Shown piece by piece: positions 52,177-62,617 of a DNA stretch of 64,000 nt. The notes beneath the pieces were generated by a model. That model searched no databases and was not told the DNA's origin. It worked only from the letters and a program-made list of their open reading frames with translations. Origin of the DNA: Acaryochloridaceae cyanobacterium VAR_48_metabat_390 (GTDB taxonomy: Bacteria > Cyanobacteriota > Cyanobacteriia > Thermosynechococcales > Thermosynechococcaceae); the NCBI GenBank assembly GCA_031422435.1, contig JANPLU010000112.1, forward strand, positions 1 through 64,000. The letters run 5' to 3'. The stretch's first letter is position 1; every line of letters starts with the position of its first letter. A program made the position numbers and the translations under genes.

Positions 52177-52249
52177 AAAACATGCCGAGTGAGGTACAGC
52201 AGACTTTTTCTATTGTTACATTTTGATCTATCTTTCTTAAAAATCTGAC

Positions 52250-53539
52250 ATGGATTCGGTTCAAGATTGCGCTCCCATAGACATTTTGATTCTCTCCAAT
52301 GGACCAGGAGAGGTGATGACCTGGGTGCGTCCTGTGGTTCAGGCGCTGCGATCGCACTACTTCCCTAACCTTGCTGAAGCCAGAATTTCGGTCATTTTAT
52401 CCCCTGATCCCCACGCCAGCGGTCAAGAAGCCGAGGTAGTGAAAGGTTTCCCTGAAGTTGATCGGGTGCAGGGTGCGGGTGCATTCTGGCCTTTTTTACT
52501 GTGGGGTACAACCGAGCAACATTGGGCATGGCGCAAAAAAGGCGTGGTGCTTTTTTTAGGGGGCGATCAATTTTCTGCCGTCGCTATTGGCAAACGACTG
52601 GGCTACAAAATTGTGACCTATGTAGAGTGGACTGCCCGCTGGCTGCGCTGGATTGACGGGTGTGGCGTAACCCAAGCGAGTGCAGTGCTGCAAGCTCCGA
52701 CAAAATTTCAGCACAAAGTTCACGTTGTAGGCGACCTCATTGCTGAAGCGCAAGTGCTTCAGCCTTTGACGGAACCCATAGAACAAACGCTAAATTTGTC
52801 CCCAGGCACAGAACTGGTGGGGCTGTTGCCAGGGTCCAAGTCTATAAAGCTGTCGCTGCTGCTGCCCATGGGAATGGCGATCGCCAATTATCTCCACCAC
52901 ATCCGTCCGCAGGTTCAAATGATGATTCCTGTTGCGCCCACGCTAACGCTGATAGAACTTTGCCACTACGCAGATCCTGGCTTCAATGCTCTATTTGAGA
53001 TTGTTCAGGGCGCTCAGGCTACCCTAGTAGAACCCAAAGACGGCTTACCTTACCTGCTTACAGCACAAGGCGCTCGTGTTCTCCTGTGGCAGCGTGTACC
53101 CGCCTATGACCTCATGGCGCAGTGTCAGCTCTGCATTACAACCGTAGGGGCAAATACCGCAGAGCTTGCGTCTTTGGCTGTACCGATGCTGGTGCTGCTG
53201 CCCACTCAACAACTGGATGCAATGCGCGCCTGGGATGGCATCCCAGGCTTACTCGCAAATCTGCCGCTGATCGGGTCAGGGTTTGCCAAGCTCATTAATG
53301 CGCGGGTGCTGCGCCAAGGTTTGGGACTCAAGGCGTGGCCCAATATTTGGGCAGGTCGAGAGATTGTGCCGGAGTGGGTGGGGCATATTTTGCCAGAGCC
53401 TGTGGGCGATCGCGTGGCAGCCCTTCTAGAGAATTCTGCACAGCTCAAACAAATGCAAAATGACCTCAAACAAGTTCGAGGCCAAGCTGGCGCAGCACAA
53501 CGATTAAGCGCACTGGTCAAAAAAGTGTTGGAAGCGTAA
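52250..53539 (+). CDS. Lipid-A-disaccharide synthase-related glycosyltransferase (LpxB-like)
   Basis: ILSNGPGE, LGGDQ, GLLPGSK, TTVGANTAEL, AWPNIWAGREIVPE. Confidence 0.85.
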   Translation: MDSVQDCAPIDILILSNGPGEVMTWVRPVVQALRSHYFPNLAEARISVILSPDPHASGQEAEVVKGFPEVDRVQGAGAFWPFLLWGTTEQHWAWRKKGVVLFLGGDQFSAVAIGKRLGYKIVTYVEWTARWLRWIDGCGVTQASAVLQAPTKFQHKVHVVGDLIAEAQVLQPLTEPIEQTLNLSPGTELVGLLPGSKSIKLSLLLPMGMAIANYLHHIRPQVQMMIPVAPTLTLIELCHYADPGFNALFEIVQGAQATLVEPKDGLPYLLTAQGARVLLWQRVPAYDLMAQCQLCITTVGANTAELASLAVPMLVLLPTQQLDAMRAWDGIPGLLANLPLIGSGFAKLINARVLRQGLGLKAWPNIWAGREIVPEWVGHILPEPVGDRVAALLENSAQLKQMQNDLKQVRGQAGAAQRLSALVKKVLEA

Positions 53540-53552
53540 AAGCCGGCAGGAA

Positions 53553-54164
53553 TTACTGCGGCTGACTTGAGACGTATCCGGGCTGACGCTGAGCCGTAAA
53601 CATTGCCTGTAATACTAGGGCGGGGTCTACCAATTTATCCTGATACCTTAAAGTCCAGTGGAGGTGAGGTCCCGTGGTTCTTCCGGTCATGCCCACGCGA
53701 CCAATCCGCTGCCCTGACTGAATCGACTGACCTTCATAAATTTTTAGACCACTCTCGCTGTCGGCCATAAAGCGACCCTGAGCGTCACGCCCGACAGAAC
53801 CCATCATGTGACAGTAAACATGTATCCAGGAGCCAGACTGAATCCGAACGGAAGTACCACAGGCTGTATTGTCTGAAACTTCCACTACGCGACCATTCCA
53901 CCATCCGCGAATGTAGCTACCCACGGGTGCCGCAAAGTCTAGTCCACTATGGAATTCTCTGGTATAGCCGCCTGTTGGCGAAGTTCGATAGCCAAAGGGG
54001 GACGTGTAGCCCTGAAAGTTTTCAACGACGAAAGAACCACTCCGCCAAATTTCTGCCCCCTGCCGCGAGGGGGTGCTATCTTCAAAGGCTTTAGTGGCTT
54101 GAGAAGAGAGGCTTAACGCCAACACACTTAAACCTAGTAAAGATACCCAACGGTTTCGCTTCAT
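53553..54164 (-). CDS. M23 family metallopeptidase
   Basis: Signal peptide, HSGLD, YCHM, TGRTTGPHLHW. Confidence 0.92.
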   Translation of the reverse strand: MKRNRWVSLLGLSVLALSLSSQATKAFEDSTPSRQGAEIWRSGSFVVENFQGYTSPFGYRTSPTGGYTREFHSGLDFAAPVGSYIRGWWNGRVVEVSDNTACGTSVRIQSGSWIHVYCHMMGSVGRDAQGRFMADSESGLKIYEGQSIQSGQRIGRVGMTGRTTGPHLHWTLRYQDKLVDPALVLQAMFTAQRQPGYVSSQPQ

Positions 54165-54516
54165 CGTAAAAACTCCCTAACACCCGGAATTGTCGTTTAG
54201 CGATTCATTCCTCTGGATAGCTCCAGAGGAAACGATAATAAAAAGCATGAGTTCCCTTATACCTATCTATTCGGCGGATGTCAATAGGCTAAATCGCCTT
54301 AAATCCTGTTGCTTTACGCATTCCGAAGGTTTTGCAATTAAGGCTTCAAGGTTTGACTTAACGCTTCGGTCTGCTCATGTTTTATCTGTATATAGATTAG
54401 ATTTCCCCCAAAGTCTCTTAATCTGACAGATCTTCAAAACCTTTGACGTGAATCTGAGTTTCAACCTTAAAGGTGATATCACTAAGATAGAAGTAAGGTT
54501 TTGCAGCTAATGCCCG

Positions 54517-54894
54517 ATGAACTATCCGCGTCACACCATTCAGCGAGCCAGACGGGCGATCGTCTGTAGTCCGTTTTGCAAGGCTCTCTTTGCCCAGATG
54601 ACCTTTGAAAGCGTGGCGCTTATGGATGTGGCGGGTGCCTCTGGAATTGCCCATCACTATACGCAGAAGGCATTACCGGAGAGGGTTGTAGAGCGATCGC
54701 TACTCTGGCTGATTCAGGTGGGGCTACTGCGGCGTGAGGTAGATGGACAGGGCTTAACAGACAGCTTTCGCCTCACGCCCTTAGGTCGGCTGTTGATGGA
54801 GCAGTGGCAGCAGCAGGGCGACGGCTTTCGGCGGGTGTCTTGGGGCGATCGCCTCCAAAACTTTTTGCAGCGACTGCTGAGCGGTACGGTCTAG
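54517..54894 (+). CDS. Npun_F0494-like conserved cyanobacterial protein
   Basis: WLIQVGLLRREVDGQGLTDSFRLTPLG. Confidence 0.8.
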   Translation: MNYPRHTIQRARRAIVCSPFCKALFAQMTFESVALMDVAGASGIAHHYTQKALPERVVERSLLWLIQVGLLRREVDGQGLTDSFRLTPLGRLLMEQWQQQGDGFRRVSWGDRLQNFLQRLLSGTV

Positions 54895-56397
54895 GTGACG
54901 AAATCTATCATGGTGGTAGGCACCACTTCCCATGCGGGGAAGTCGATGCTGACGGCGGTGATTTGCCGACTGCTAATGCGCCGCGGGGTTCGCGTCTCGC
55001 CGTTTAAGGGGCAAAACATGGCGCTGAATGCCTACGTGACCCACGAAGGCTTGGAGATGGGTCATGCCCAGGCGGTGCAGGCTTGGGCGGCGGGGGTAAA
55101 ACCCCAAATTGCGATGAACCCAATTTTGCTGAAGCCCCAGGGCAATATGACCTCTCAAGTCATTATTAAAGGGCAGTCTGTGGGGCAGGTGCAGGCCGCA
55201 GACTACTATCGGCTGTATTTTGACCAAGGCTGGCAGGCGATTGTGGAGTCTTTAGAAACCCTACAACAGTCCTTTGACTGGATTGTGTGTGAGGGCGCTG
55301 GCAGCCCCGCAGAAATTAACCTGAAGCACCGTGACTTAACCAACATGCGAGTTGCAAAGCATCTCAACGCGGCGACGCTGTTGGTTGCCGATATTGATCG
55401 AGGCGGGGTGTTTGCTCACATTGTGGGCACGTTGGAACTGCTCGACCCCGATGAGCGGGCGTTGATTAAGGGGTTTGTCATTAATAAGTTTAGAGGACAG
55501 CGATCGCTCCTAGAATCTGGCTTAACCTGGCTAGAAGAGCGAACGGGCATTCCGGTGGTGGGGGTGATTCCGTGGGTCGATGAGGTGTTTCCATCAGAGG
55601 ATTCGCTGAGTTTGCTAGAGCGGCCTGTGTGGGGGGAGGTGAGGGACATTACCATTGCGGTCATTCGACTGCCTCGTGTGGCAAATTTTACGGATTTTGA
55701 CCCTCTAGAGGCGGAACCAACGGTGCAGGTGCGCTACGTGATGCCAGGTCAATCTCTAGGCAACCCTGACGCGGTGATTGTGCCTGGTTCTAAAACCACG
55801 ATCGCAGATATGCAGGTGCTGCACGAGTGTGGCTTGGCAGCTCAAATTCAGGTGTTTGCGAAGGCTGGCGGCATGGTGCTAGGAATTTGTGGCGGGTTTC
55901 AGATGCTGGGAGAGGCGATCGCCGATCTTCAGGGCATTGAGGGGATTGCAACCACGGTACCAGGGTTGAGTCTTCTGCCGATTAAGACAGAAATGGCGCC
56001 TGCAAAGGTAACGCGGCAAAGAACAACGCAGGCGATCGCTTTACCAGCGCACTGGTGTCAGTTTGGGGCGGCTACGGAAGAGATTTACGGCTACGAAATT
56101 CATCAGGGGCAAACGCAGATTTTGGATAATACCAAGGTTGCGCCGCTATTTACAGACCCGATGTTAGGACTAGCGAATCTAGAAACAAGCGTTATGGGTA
56201 CATACCTCCACGATTTGTTTGGCAATGGTTCTTGGCGACGTTTGTGGCTCAATCAGCTCAGGCAGCGGAAAGGTCTATCGCCCCTCAACACTCAGATCGC
56301 GAACTACTCAGTCCAGCGCGATCAGGTCTTGGATAACATTACGGATGCGGTTGCCCCTCATTTAGACTTATCTCGGTTCTTTGAGTTGAGGCAATAA
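54895..56397 (+). CDS. cobQ: Cobyric acid synthase
   Basis: GTTSHAGKS, PFKGQNM, EGAGSPAEINL, GICGGFQMLG, GYEIH, GTYLH. Confidence 0.97.
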   Translation: MTKSIMVVGTTSHAGKSMLTAVICRLLMRRGVRVSPFKGQNMALNAYVTHEGLEMGHAQAVQAWAAGVKPQIAMNPILLKPQGNMTSQVIIKGQSVGQVQAADYYRLYFDQGWQAIVESLETLQQSFDWIVCEGAGSPAEINLKHRDLTNMRVAKHLNAATLLVADIDRGGVFAHIVGTLELLDPDERALIKGFVINKFRGQRSLLESGLTWLEERTGIPVVGVIPWVDEVFPSEDSLSLLERPVWGEVRDITIAVIRLPRVANFTDFDPLEAEPTVQVRYVMPGQSLGNPDAVIVPGSKTTIADMQVLHECGLAAQIQVFAKAGGMVLGICGGFQMLGEAIADLQGIEGIATTVPGLSLLPIKTEMAPAKVTRQRTTQAIALPAHWCQFGAATEEIYGYEIHQGQTQILDNTKVAPLFTDPMLGLANLETSVMGTYLHDLFGNGSWRRLWLNQLRQRKGLSPLNTQIANYSVQRDQVLDNITDAVAPHLDLSRFFELRQ

Positions 56398-56443
56398 CGT
56401 TCGGCAAAACCAATGCTGGCTTAGTCCTTGGAGGGCATTTTAC

Positions 56444-57121
56444 CTAGCATTGATAGTGACCCCAGAGAATGAAATGGTGATCGCCGACAGGTTTCATCTC
56501 CAAATATTCAAGGTGAGCTTGCTCAACCTGCACCTGAATTTCTTCAAGGCTATAGGCTGCCAAAAGCGAATTATAAAAATCGCGGCGCAAAATTTCTGGT
56601 TCGTTGGCAGTGTATTGATTAACGAGCTGGGCGGCAGTTTCAGCGCAATGGGGGCGCGTCAAATCCATCACAAAAATTGCGGTGTTGGGCTTGGCCCACC
56701 GATGGACAGATTGCCACAACACCCTTGGGTCTGCGAGGTGGTGCAGCAAACTGTTCGAGAAGATGAGATCGTAAGGTGCGCGGGGTGCATCTCCGTCTGG
56801 CAAGTAGGTTTGATGAAGGGTAATTTGTGCGGTTAAGCCCGCCTGCCCAACCGCTTCATAACCGTAGTGCAGCATAGCGGCGGAACCGTCTAGACCATCG
56901 ATTGTCCAGTCTGGTAACGCACGGGCGAGGCGAAGCGTCACATCGCCCGTGCCACAGCCGAGATCTAAAGCTACGCCCGTCTGGGGCAAGTCGGGAAGGA
57001 AGTGTTGCAGCAGCTCAATGCAGTGAGCGTGGGGTGCGGCAAAGTCTGCTTCGGCATAGGCACGCGCTTGCTCGACCTCATTCATTAGTTCTGGTTCTGG
57101 GATGCGCTCCATAAAAGTCAT
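56444..57121 (-). CDS. Class I SAM-dependent methyltransferase
   Basis: RIPEPELM, LDLGCGTGD, GLDGSAAML, SNSLLHH. Confidence 0.88.
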   Translation of the reverse strand: MTFMERIPEPELMNEVEQARAYAEADFAAPHAHCIELLQHFLPDLPQTGVALDLGCGTGDVTLRLARALPDWTIDGLDGSAAMLHYGYEAVGQAGLTAQITLHQTYLPDGDAPRAPYDLIFSNSLLHHLADPRVLWQSVHRWAKPNTAIFVMDLTRPHCAETAAQLVNQYTANEPEILRRDFYNSLLAAYSLEEIQVQVEQAHLEYLEMKPVGDHHFILWGHYQC

Positions 57122-57271
57122 GTTATCCAAACGTCTGCTTCCGCATTCTAGCGATGCGGCTGGTTTTAGGAATATCAACCTATTCGGTCAAAAAGAAGAC
57201 CTAGGGCTGTGGGCAACTCATCGCCTATTTATTCGCTGGCGATCGCGGGTTTCATAGCCCTTAATCTGCCT

Positions 57272-58111
57272 CTATTTTACAAACTTAGTGCGAGCCTGCT
57301 GTGTTTGCGTGAGCGCTTGCTCCACTTGTTCCCAATGGTTTTGCTCAATCAGCGTTGTGAACTGATCCAGTGCTTGACGATACTGATAGAGCGATCGCAG
57401 CAGTTCTTCGCGGTTATATTGCGCCATCATCCGACCCAGCTCTGGGTTGCCGCCCCCCACGCGACTGGTATCGCAAAAGCCAGAACTGGCAAGGGCTTGA
57501 GCTAAAGCTAACGTGGTAGGGTCTGACTCCTGTTGACAGGCAGCAATAAGACTCGCGCTCACCATCACAGGTAAGTGCGAAATCTGGGCAACAGCGCGAT
57601 CGTGCTGAGCCGGAGAACATTCGCAATAAAGGCTCTGGAGCGTTTGGATGAGTTCTGTCAGCGTTGCGATCGCCGCCGCATCTGTTTGCGCGGTGGGGGT
57701 CAACACATAGGGACGCTCAATAAACAGCCCTGACTGAGCAGAGGCAATTCCTGCTGTTTCCTTACCTGCCATCGGATGCCCCCCCACAAATCGAGGCCAT
57801 AACGGCTCTAGCGTCTCTACCACCGATGCTTTCACAGAGCCAACATCCGTCAGAATAGCTGTGGGCAACAGGTAAGGAATAGCCGCCTGAGTGGTCTGCT
57901 GCATTACCCCCAGTGGCGTACACAAAAACACCACTTCAGTGCGGCTGAGAAGCGAGAAATCTGCTCCGGCCTGGTCTACAGTACCCAGGGCGATCGCCGT
58001 TTCACAGGTTGTTTTCTGACGACTCACCCCAATCACAGAATGGCCTGCTGCTCGAAAATCAAGCCCTAAAGAGCCTCCAATTAATCCAAGGCCAATAATG
58101 CCAATGTCCAT
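57272..58111 (-). CDS. tyrA: Prephenate/arogenate dehydrogenase
   Basis: GLGLIGGSLG, TDVGSVK, GGHPMAG, HDRAVAQISHLP, DTSRVGGGNP. Confidence 0.95.
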   Translation of the reverse strand: MDIGIIGLGLIGGSLGLDFRAAGHSVIGVSRQKTTCETAIALGTVDQAGADFSLLSRTEVVFLCTPLGVMQQTTQAAIPYLLPTAILTDVGSVKASVVETLEPLWPRFVGGHPMAGKETAGIASAQSGLFIERPYVLTPTAQTDAAAIATLTELIQTLQSLYCECSPAQHDRAVAQISHLPVMVSASLIAACQQESDPTTLALAQALASSGFCDTSRVGGGNPELGRMMAQYNREELLRSLYQYRQALDQFTTLIEQNHWEQVEQALTQTQQARTKFVK

Positions 58112-58362
58112 AGCGCCAATATCTATAAAATCTATTTTGCGTAAACCCTGAGGGTCTGTTATTTCATGAAGTTAACTCGGGTTGCAGCAGATTTAACCTG
58201 AGGCCTCTCGAGGCGTCTCAGGAAAGTCTCCCCTATGAACGCTATCTCATCCATCCTAACGTCGCGTTCTCAAATCTACTCAAGACAGAAAAATAGATTT
58301 ATCGGTGCTCACGCTGAGTTTTAGACTACAGTGCTGGGTGTGCCCTGCAAGCCCTATTACCC

Positions 58363-59184
58363 ATGCCAGAAGGTCCCGAAATTAAGCGAGCTGCCGATAA
58401 AATTGCAGCGGTGCTCATCCAGCATCCTGTGAAAGAAGTGTGGTTTGCCTTTGATCATCTCAAGCATTATGAAGAAGCATTCATAGCTCAAGACATTATT
58501 GCGATTGAGCCGAGAGGCAAAGCTCTTTTAACTCGCTTTGGCAATGGTCTTAGTATCTACAGCCACAACCAGCTTTACGGTAAATGGGTGATGAGAAGTG
58601 CCTATAGCTATCCCCAAACCAATCGGCAGCTTCGGTTAGCCATTCACAACTCCCGTAAATCAGCCCTGCTCTACAGCGCTTCAGATATTGAGGTTTTAGA
58701 TGAAGCAGCGATCGCCATCCACCCTTTTCTCACGCGCTTAGGTCCAGACGTATTGAGTGACGCAATTGCCATCGAAACCATTCAGTCTCTCCTCATCAAC
58801 CCTACCTTTCGTCGGCGTCGATTTACCACCCTGCTGCTCGATCAGCATTTTTTGGCGGGGCTAGGAAACTACCTTCGCAGCGAGATCCCGTTTGTGGCAA
58901 GAGTACATCCATCACGGCGACCTATAGACTGTTCAGAGGCGCAGTTGTTTGCACTGGCAGAAGCGGCGATCGCCATTCCGCTGCGGTCTTACCAAACGGG
59001 CGGCATTACCAATGACCCTGAAATAGCAGCAACTTTAAAAGCAAGGGGACTACGGCGATCGCAGTATCGCCACTGGGTGTTTAGCCGCGCCAACCAGCCT
59101 TGTTTTGTGTGCGGAACCCTGATTGTGAAAGACGTTGCAGGGGCACGACGATACTACTATTGCCCAACATGCCAGCCCCTCTGA
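58363..59184 (+). CDS. nei: Endonuclease VIII (Fpg/Nei family)
   Basis: MPEGPEI, YSHNQLYG, LYSASDI, AGLGNYLRSE, C-terminal zinc finger. Confidence 0.92.
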   Translation: MPEGPEIKRAADKIAAVLIQHPVKEVWFAFDHLKHYEEAFIAQDIIAIEPRGKALLTRFGNGLSIYSHNQLYGKWVMRSAYSYPQTNRQLRLAIHNSRKSALLYSASDIEVLDEAAIAIHPFLTRLGPDVLSDAIAIETIQSLLINPTFRRRRFTTLLLDQHFLAGLGNYLRSEIPFVARVHPSRRPIDCSEAQLFALAEAAIAIPLRSYQTGGITNDPEIAATLKARGLRRSQYRHWVFSRANQPCFVCGTLIVKDVAGARRYYYCPTCQPL

Positions 59185-59193
59185 TTAGCCCTT

Positions 59194-59736
59194 CTAACCC
59201 ACAGGTGCAGACTGCGCAAGGCTATACCGAGATTGCTCAGTCCAGTGCGCGACATCTGACCACCCCTCAGAACCAGGCATCACCACTTTAACTGTATCAA
59301 AGGTAACGGTCTGTACAGACACGACAAAGCGCAGCATTGCCAGTCGCTTTTGCTCAATGGGGATATCTTTATACATTAGGCTGAGGTGAGGTTCTAGAAG
59401 ATATTCCTTTGGCGCAGAGAGGCGATCGCAAATTGCGCAAGAAAGTTGAGACAGGCGCTCAACAGAGGCAAACGTAATAAAGCCAGTCTTAAAAAAATTG
59501 GCTGTATAGTTTAGCCCCATTACCTCTAGTGTAATGGGTGAAGCTGGAGCCACAGATTCAGCAATAATCTCGCCCAGGTTCTCTGATGGCTGAATCTCAC
59601 CGCTATAGAGCGTAACGTGGGGTTCAAAAACGGGAGTACGATACTCTGCGGCGTAGTCTTGAATGACCTTCGACAGCCAGCGGCGATCGCTAGGTGCGGG
59701 AATTAACCAAACCGCAAAAGGTGCAGTATCAGCCAT
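59194..59736 (-). CDS. 2H phosphoesterase / cyclic phosphodiesterase-like protein
   Basis: Two HxT/S motifs: FEPHVTL and EPHLSL. Confidence 0.85.
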   Translation of the reverse strand: MADTAPFAVWLIPAPSDRRWLSKVIQDYAAEYRTPVFEPHVTLYSGEIQPSENLGEIIAESVAPASPITLEVMGLNYTANFFKTGFITFASVERLSQLSCAICDRLSAPKEYLLEPHLSLMYKDIPIEQKRLAMLRFVVSVQTVTFDTVKVVMPGSEGWSDVAHWTEQSRYSLAQSAPVG

Positions 59737-59866
59737 CGCTATTTTTCCCTGGTTTCATAACTGTTTCCTTGCCCTCCACTGTAGAAGGGTTTGCAGCAAT
59801 AAAGCTTGTGTCCTCGCTGATACAAGCTTTACGTTTTATTAAAGCGGCAGCAGCGGCGGCGGGTCT

Positions 59867-61270
59867 CTAAATCAACTGCCGTACATCCGTCACTTGCCCC
59901 GCAATGGCTGCCGCTGCCACCATGGCTGGACTCATCAGCAGTGTGCGACCCGAGGCAGAACCCTGCCGCCCTTTAAAGTTACGATTCGACGACGATGCGC
60001 TCATTTGACGACCTTCTAATTTATCTGGGTTCATTGCCAAACACATTGAACAGCCTGGTTCGCGCCACTCAAACCCTGCCTCTACAAATACCCGATCTAA
60101 ACCCTCTGCCTCTGCCTGCTGCTTAACCTGTTCTGACCCAGGCACCACAAACGCCTTAATACCTGCTGCCACTTGATGTCCCTGGGCAATCTTTGCCGCC
60201 TCCCGCAGGTCGCTAATGCGTCCATTCGTACAGCTACCAATAAAGCAAACGTCAATCTTAGTCCCCAAAATCGGAATCCCTGGCGCTAAGTCCATGTACT
60301 GATAGGCGTCTTGAGCAATGGGTCGCTCGGCTTCGGGCAGCATTTCTGGGACAGGGATGCTTTCATCTACGCCAATCCCCTGGCTGGGCGTAATGCCCCA
60401 GGTAATCGTGGGCGCAATCTCAGCGGCGTTAAATACCACCACATCGTCATAAACTGCATCGGCTTCGCTTTTAAGGCTTGTCCACCAAGTTACGGCTTTC
60501 TCCCAGTCAGATCCTTTGGGCGCAAACTCGCGGTCTTTGAGATAGTCAAACGTGACCTGATCGGGGTTAACGTAGCCACATCGCGCACCCCCTTCGATCG
60601 CCATATTGCAGACGGTCATGCGCTCTTCCATGTTCATCTGCTCAAAGGTGGTGCCCCCAAACTCATAGGCATGACCGACACCACCCTGAACCCCCAGTTT
60701 CCGAATGATATGCAAAATCACGTCTTTGGCATAAACGCCCTGTTGTAGCGTTCCATTCACTTCTACGCGGCGAACCTTCAGCTTTGCTAAAGCGAGGGTC
60801 TGAGAGGCCAAGACATCCCGTACTTGGCTGGTGCCAATACCAAAGGCGATCGCCCCAAAGGCTCCATGAGTGGAGGTATGACTATCGCCACAGGCAATGG
60901 TCATTCCAGGTTGGGTCAGCCCTAACTCAGGGGCTATGACGTGGACAATCCCTTGATTGCCAGACCCCACGTTATAGAAGCGAATCTTGTGCTGTTGGCA
61001 GTTTTGTTCTAACGCCCGCATCATGGCTTCTGCAAGCGGGTCTGCAAAGGGACGAGCCTGGTTTTCGGTCGGTACAATGTGATCAACGGTAGCGACGGTA
61101 CGCTCTGGATAAAGCACCTTAAGATTACGATCCTTTAGCATTGCAAAGGCTTGAGGGGTCGTTACCTCGTGAATCAGATGCAGGCCAATAAACAGTTGAG
61201 TTTGACCAGACGGCAAGGTTCGCACTGTGTGCAGGTTCCAAACTTTATCGAACAACGTGCCTTGGCTCAT
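59867..61270 (-). CDS. leuC: 3-isopropylmalate dehydratase large subunit
   Basis: [49 protein letters not shown]. Confidence 0.98.
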   Translation of the reverse strand: MSQGTLFDKVWNLHTVRTLPSGQTQLFIGLHLIHEVTTPQAFAMLKDRNLKVLYPERTVATVDHIVPTENQARPFADPLAEAMMRALEQNCQQHKIRFYNVGSGNQGIVHVIAPELGLTQPGMTIACGDSHTSTHGAFGAIAFGIGTSQVRDVLASQTLALAKLKVRRVEVNGTLQQGVYAKDVILHIIRKLGVQGGVGHAYEFGGTTFEQMNMEERMTVCNMAIEGGARCGYVNPDQVTFDYLKDREFAPKGSDWEKAVTWWTSLKSEADAVYDDVVVFNAAEIAPTITWGITPSQGIGVDESIPVPEMLPEAERPIAQDAYQYMDLAPGIPILGTKIDVCFIGSCTNGRISDLREAAKIAQGHQVAAGIKAFVVPGSEQVKQQAEAEGLDRVFVEAGFEWREPGCSMCLAMNPDKLEGRQMSASSSNRNFKGRQGSASGRTLLMSPAMVAAAAIAGQVTDVRQLI

Positions 61271-61461
61271 AGTTTTGGTCAAACTCTATACCGCTTAGAA
61301 CCTAGATTTTAGCTCAAAGCTGTCGGTGCTTGACTCAATTTTGACGTAGGGTTCTCTCGCTAATTTCCCTGTTTATCTTGACGGGCTAATGCTTTGAGGC
61401 TGTGGTTTCCAGCTTTGCCTATTTGCAACTTCACTAAGGCTATGGTAGTTTTAATATCTAC

Positions 61462-61535
61462 GGACGCATAGCTCAGTTGGTTAGAGCACCACGTTGACAT
61501 CGTGGGGGTCTCCCGTTCGAGTCGGGATGTGTCCA
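61462..61535 (+). tRNA. tRNA-Val(GAC)
   Basis: GGACGCA/TGTGTCC acceptor stem, anticodon arm CCACG-TTGACAT-CGTGG. Confidence 0.95.
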
Positions 61536-61676
61536 TTGGTTGGGGAACCATATACGGTAAGGCTTTTGGGAGTTCTAAACAACTTCTGAAGGTCTGCTTT
61601 GCTGTCAATAAGGCAATGAGACTAGGCCGTTAAGGGTTGTTTGGGGCGTTAAACTTATCCCGAAATTTACCCCGCT

Positions 61677-61721
61677 ATGTCAGCAGTCACAATTGAAACC
61701 CACGACGGACGGTATCGGCTC
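61677..61721 (+). pseudogene. Probable N-terminal stub of a tyrosine integrase
   Basis: MSAVTIETHDGRYRL resembles N-termini of cyanobacterial tRNA-linked integrases, then similarity is lost; 140 bp after tRNA-Val. Confidence 0.45.
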
Positions 61722-61966
61722 GTTTTGCAGACGATTGCTCCTACCATCCGCGCTTTTCTAGCTTTTCGACACCTTCGCCGGATGCTGCCAGCTCTGGCGC
61801 CAAGCTCCCCCACAGGCCAACGACCGCGATCGCCATTTTTTCCCTCTCTATCAGCTACTGGATAATTCGCTCTATCAGAGAACCGTCCTAAACCCTATCA
61901 ATCAGGTTTCATCTTGGTCGGGGTTTATCTGGCTAAAGAACGCTAGTGGCGATCGCGTTCGGTGGC

Positions 61967-62179
61967 CTAAGCCTTTTTGCTCGGAGAGGCTTGCGGTGTC
62001 TTGACCAGATCTAAGGCGTACATTGCTAAGGGTGCCCCTAACATCATTGCCAGCCCAAACGCGACCCATCGCCACAGCGCTTTTTTGGAGCGGCCTTTTG
62101 TTGGAAACTCGCAGCTCAAGCAAATGTCTGCATGTTCACTATTCAATGTCCCACATTCTTTGCAAGGCACTAAAGCCAT
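61967..62179 (-). CDS. Small zinc-ribbon membrane protein
   Basis: MALVPCKECG...CLSCEFP followed by one TM helix. Confidence 0.7.
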   Translation of the reverse strand: MALVPCKECGTLNSEHADICLSCEFPTKGRSKKALWRWVAFGLAMMLGAPLAMYALDLVKTPQASPSKKA

Positions 62180-62192
62180 AAGTTAAACCTAA

Positions 62193-62453
62193 TTAACTAA
62201 CCAAAACTGCTGCTATTCCTTCAGTCTCATGTACTGCGTCCCAGTTAATCAATGCGACCCACAGATGCTCTTCGTCAGAATACTGCACGACACCATCCGC
62301 TTCTAAGTCTTCACTATAAAGCGTCAATGGCTGACCATCCCATAGTTCGATATGCAAACGACTCAGATCTTGAATTGTCCCTACACAATTTAAGCGTAGC
62401 CGACCCTTTACGTCAGCATTGTGAAAGTCAGCATAGATTTTTGGATAACGCAT
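62193..62453 (-). CDS. Small acidic hypothetical protein (possible antitoxin/immunity)
   Basis: YADFHNAD..GRLRLNCVGT...WVALINWD; GGAGG RBS upstream. Confidence 0.65.
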   Translation of the reverse strand: MRYPKIYADFHNADVKGRLRLNCVGTIQDLSRLHIELWDGQPLTLYSEDLEADGVVQYSDEEHLWVALINWDAVHETEGIAAVLVS

Positions 62454-62617
62454 TAAAAACCTCCGATTCCAAACGATTCTTACCGTCTCTTGCGATCAAA
62501 GCTTCATCTGGAATTCTGTCTACGGTTAACTATACGATGGCTGTTCACCGGAGGGCGATGCACCTTGGCTCAAAACTAATCGCGTTAGCTTTTTTGCGTC
62601 CACTCGCTTAGTTGGAT

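Noticed and set aside
62526..62617. Possible integron attC-like site after the HEPN-motif gene
   Set aside because: A CCAAC...GTTAAC frame exists on the minus strand but I could not pair convincing L boxes, and there is no second site; would need IntegronFinder.
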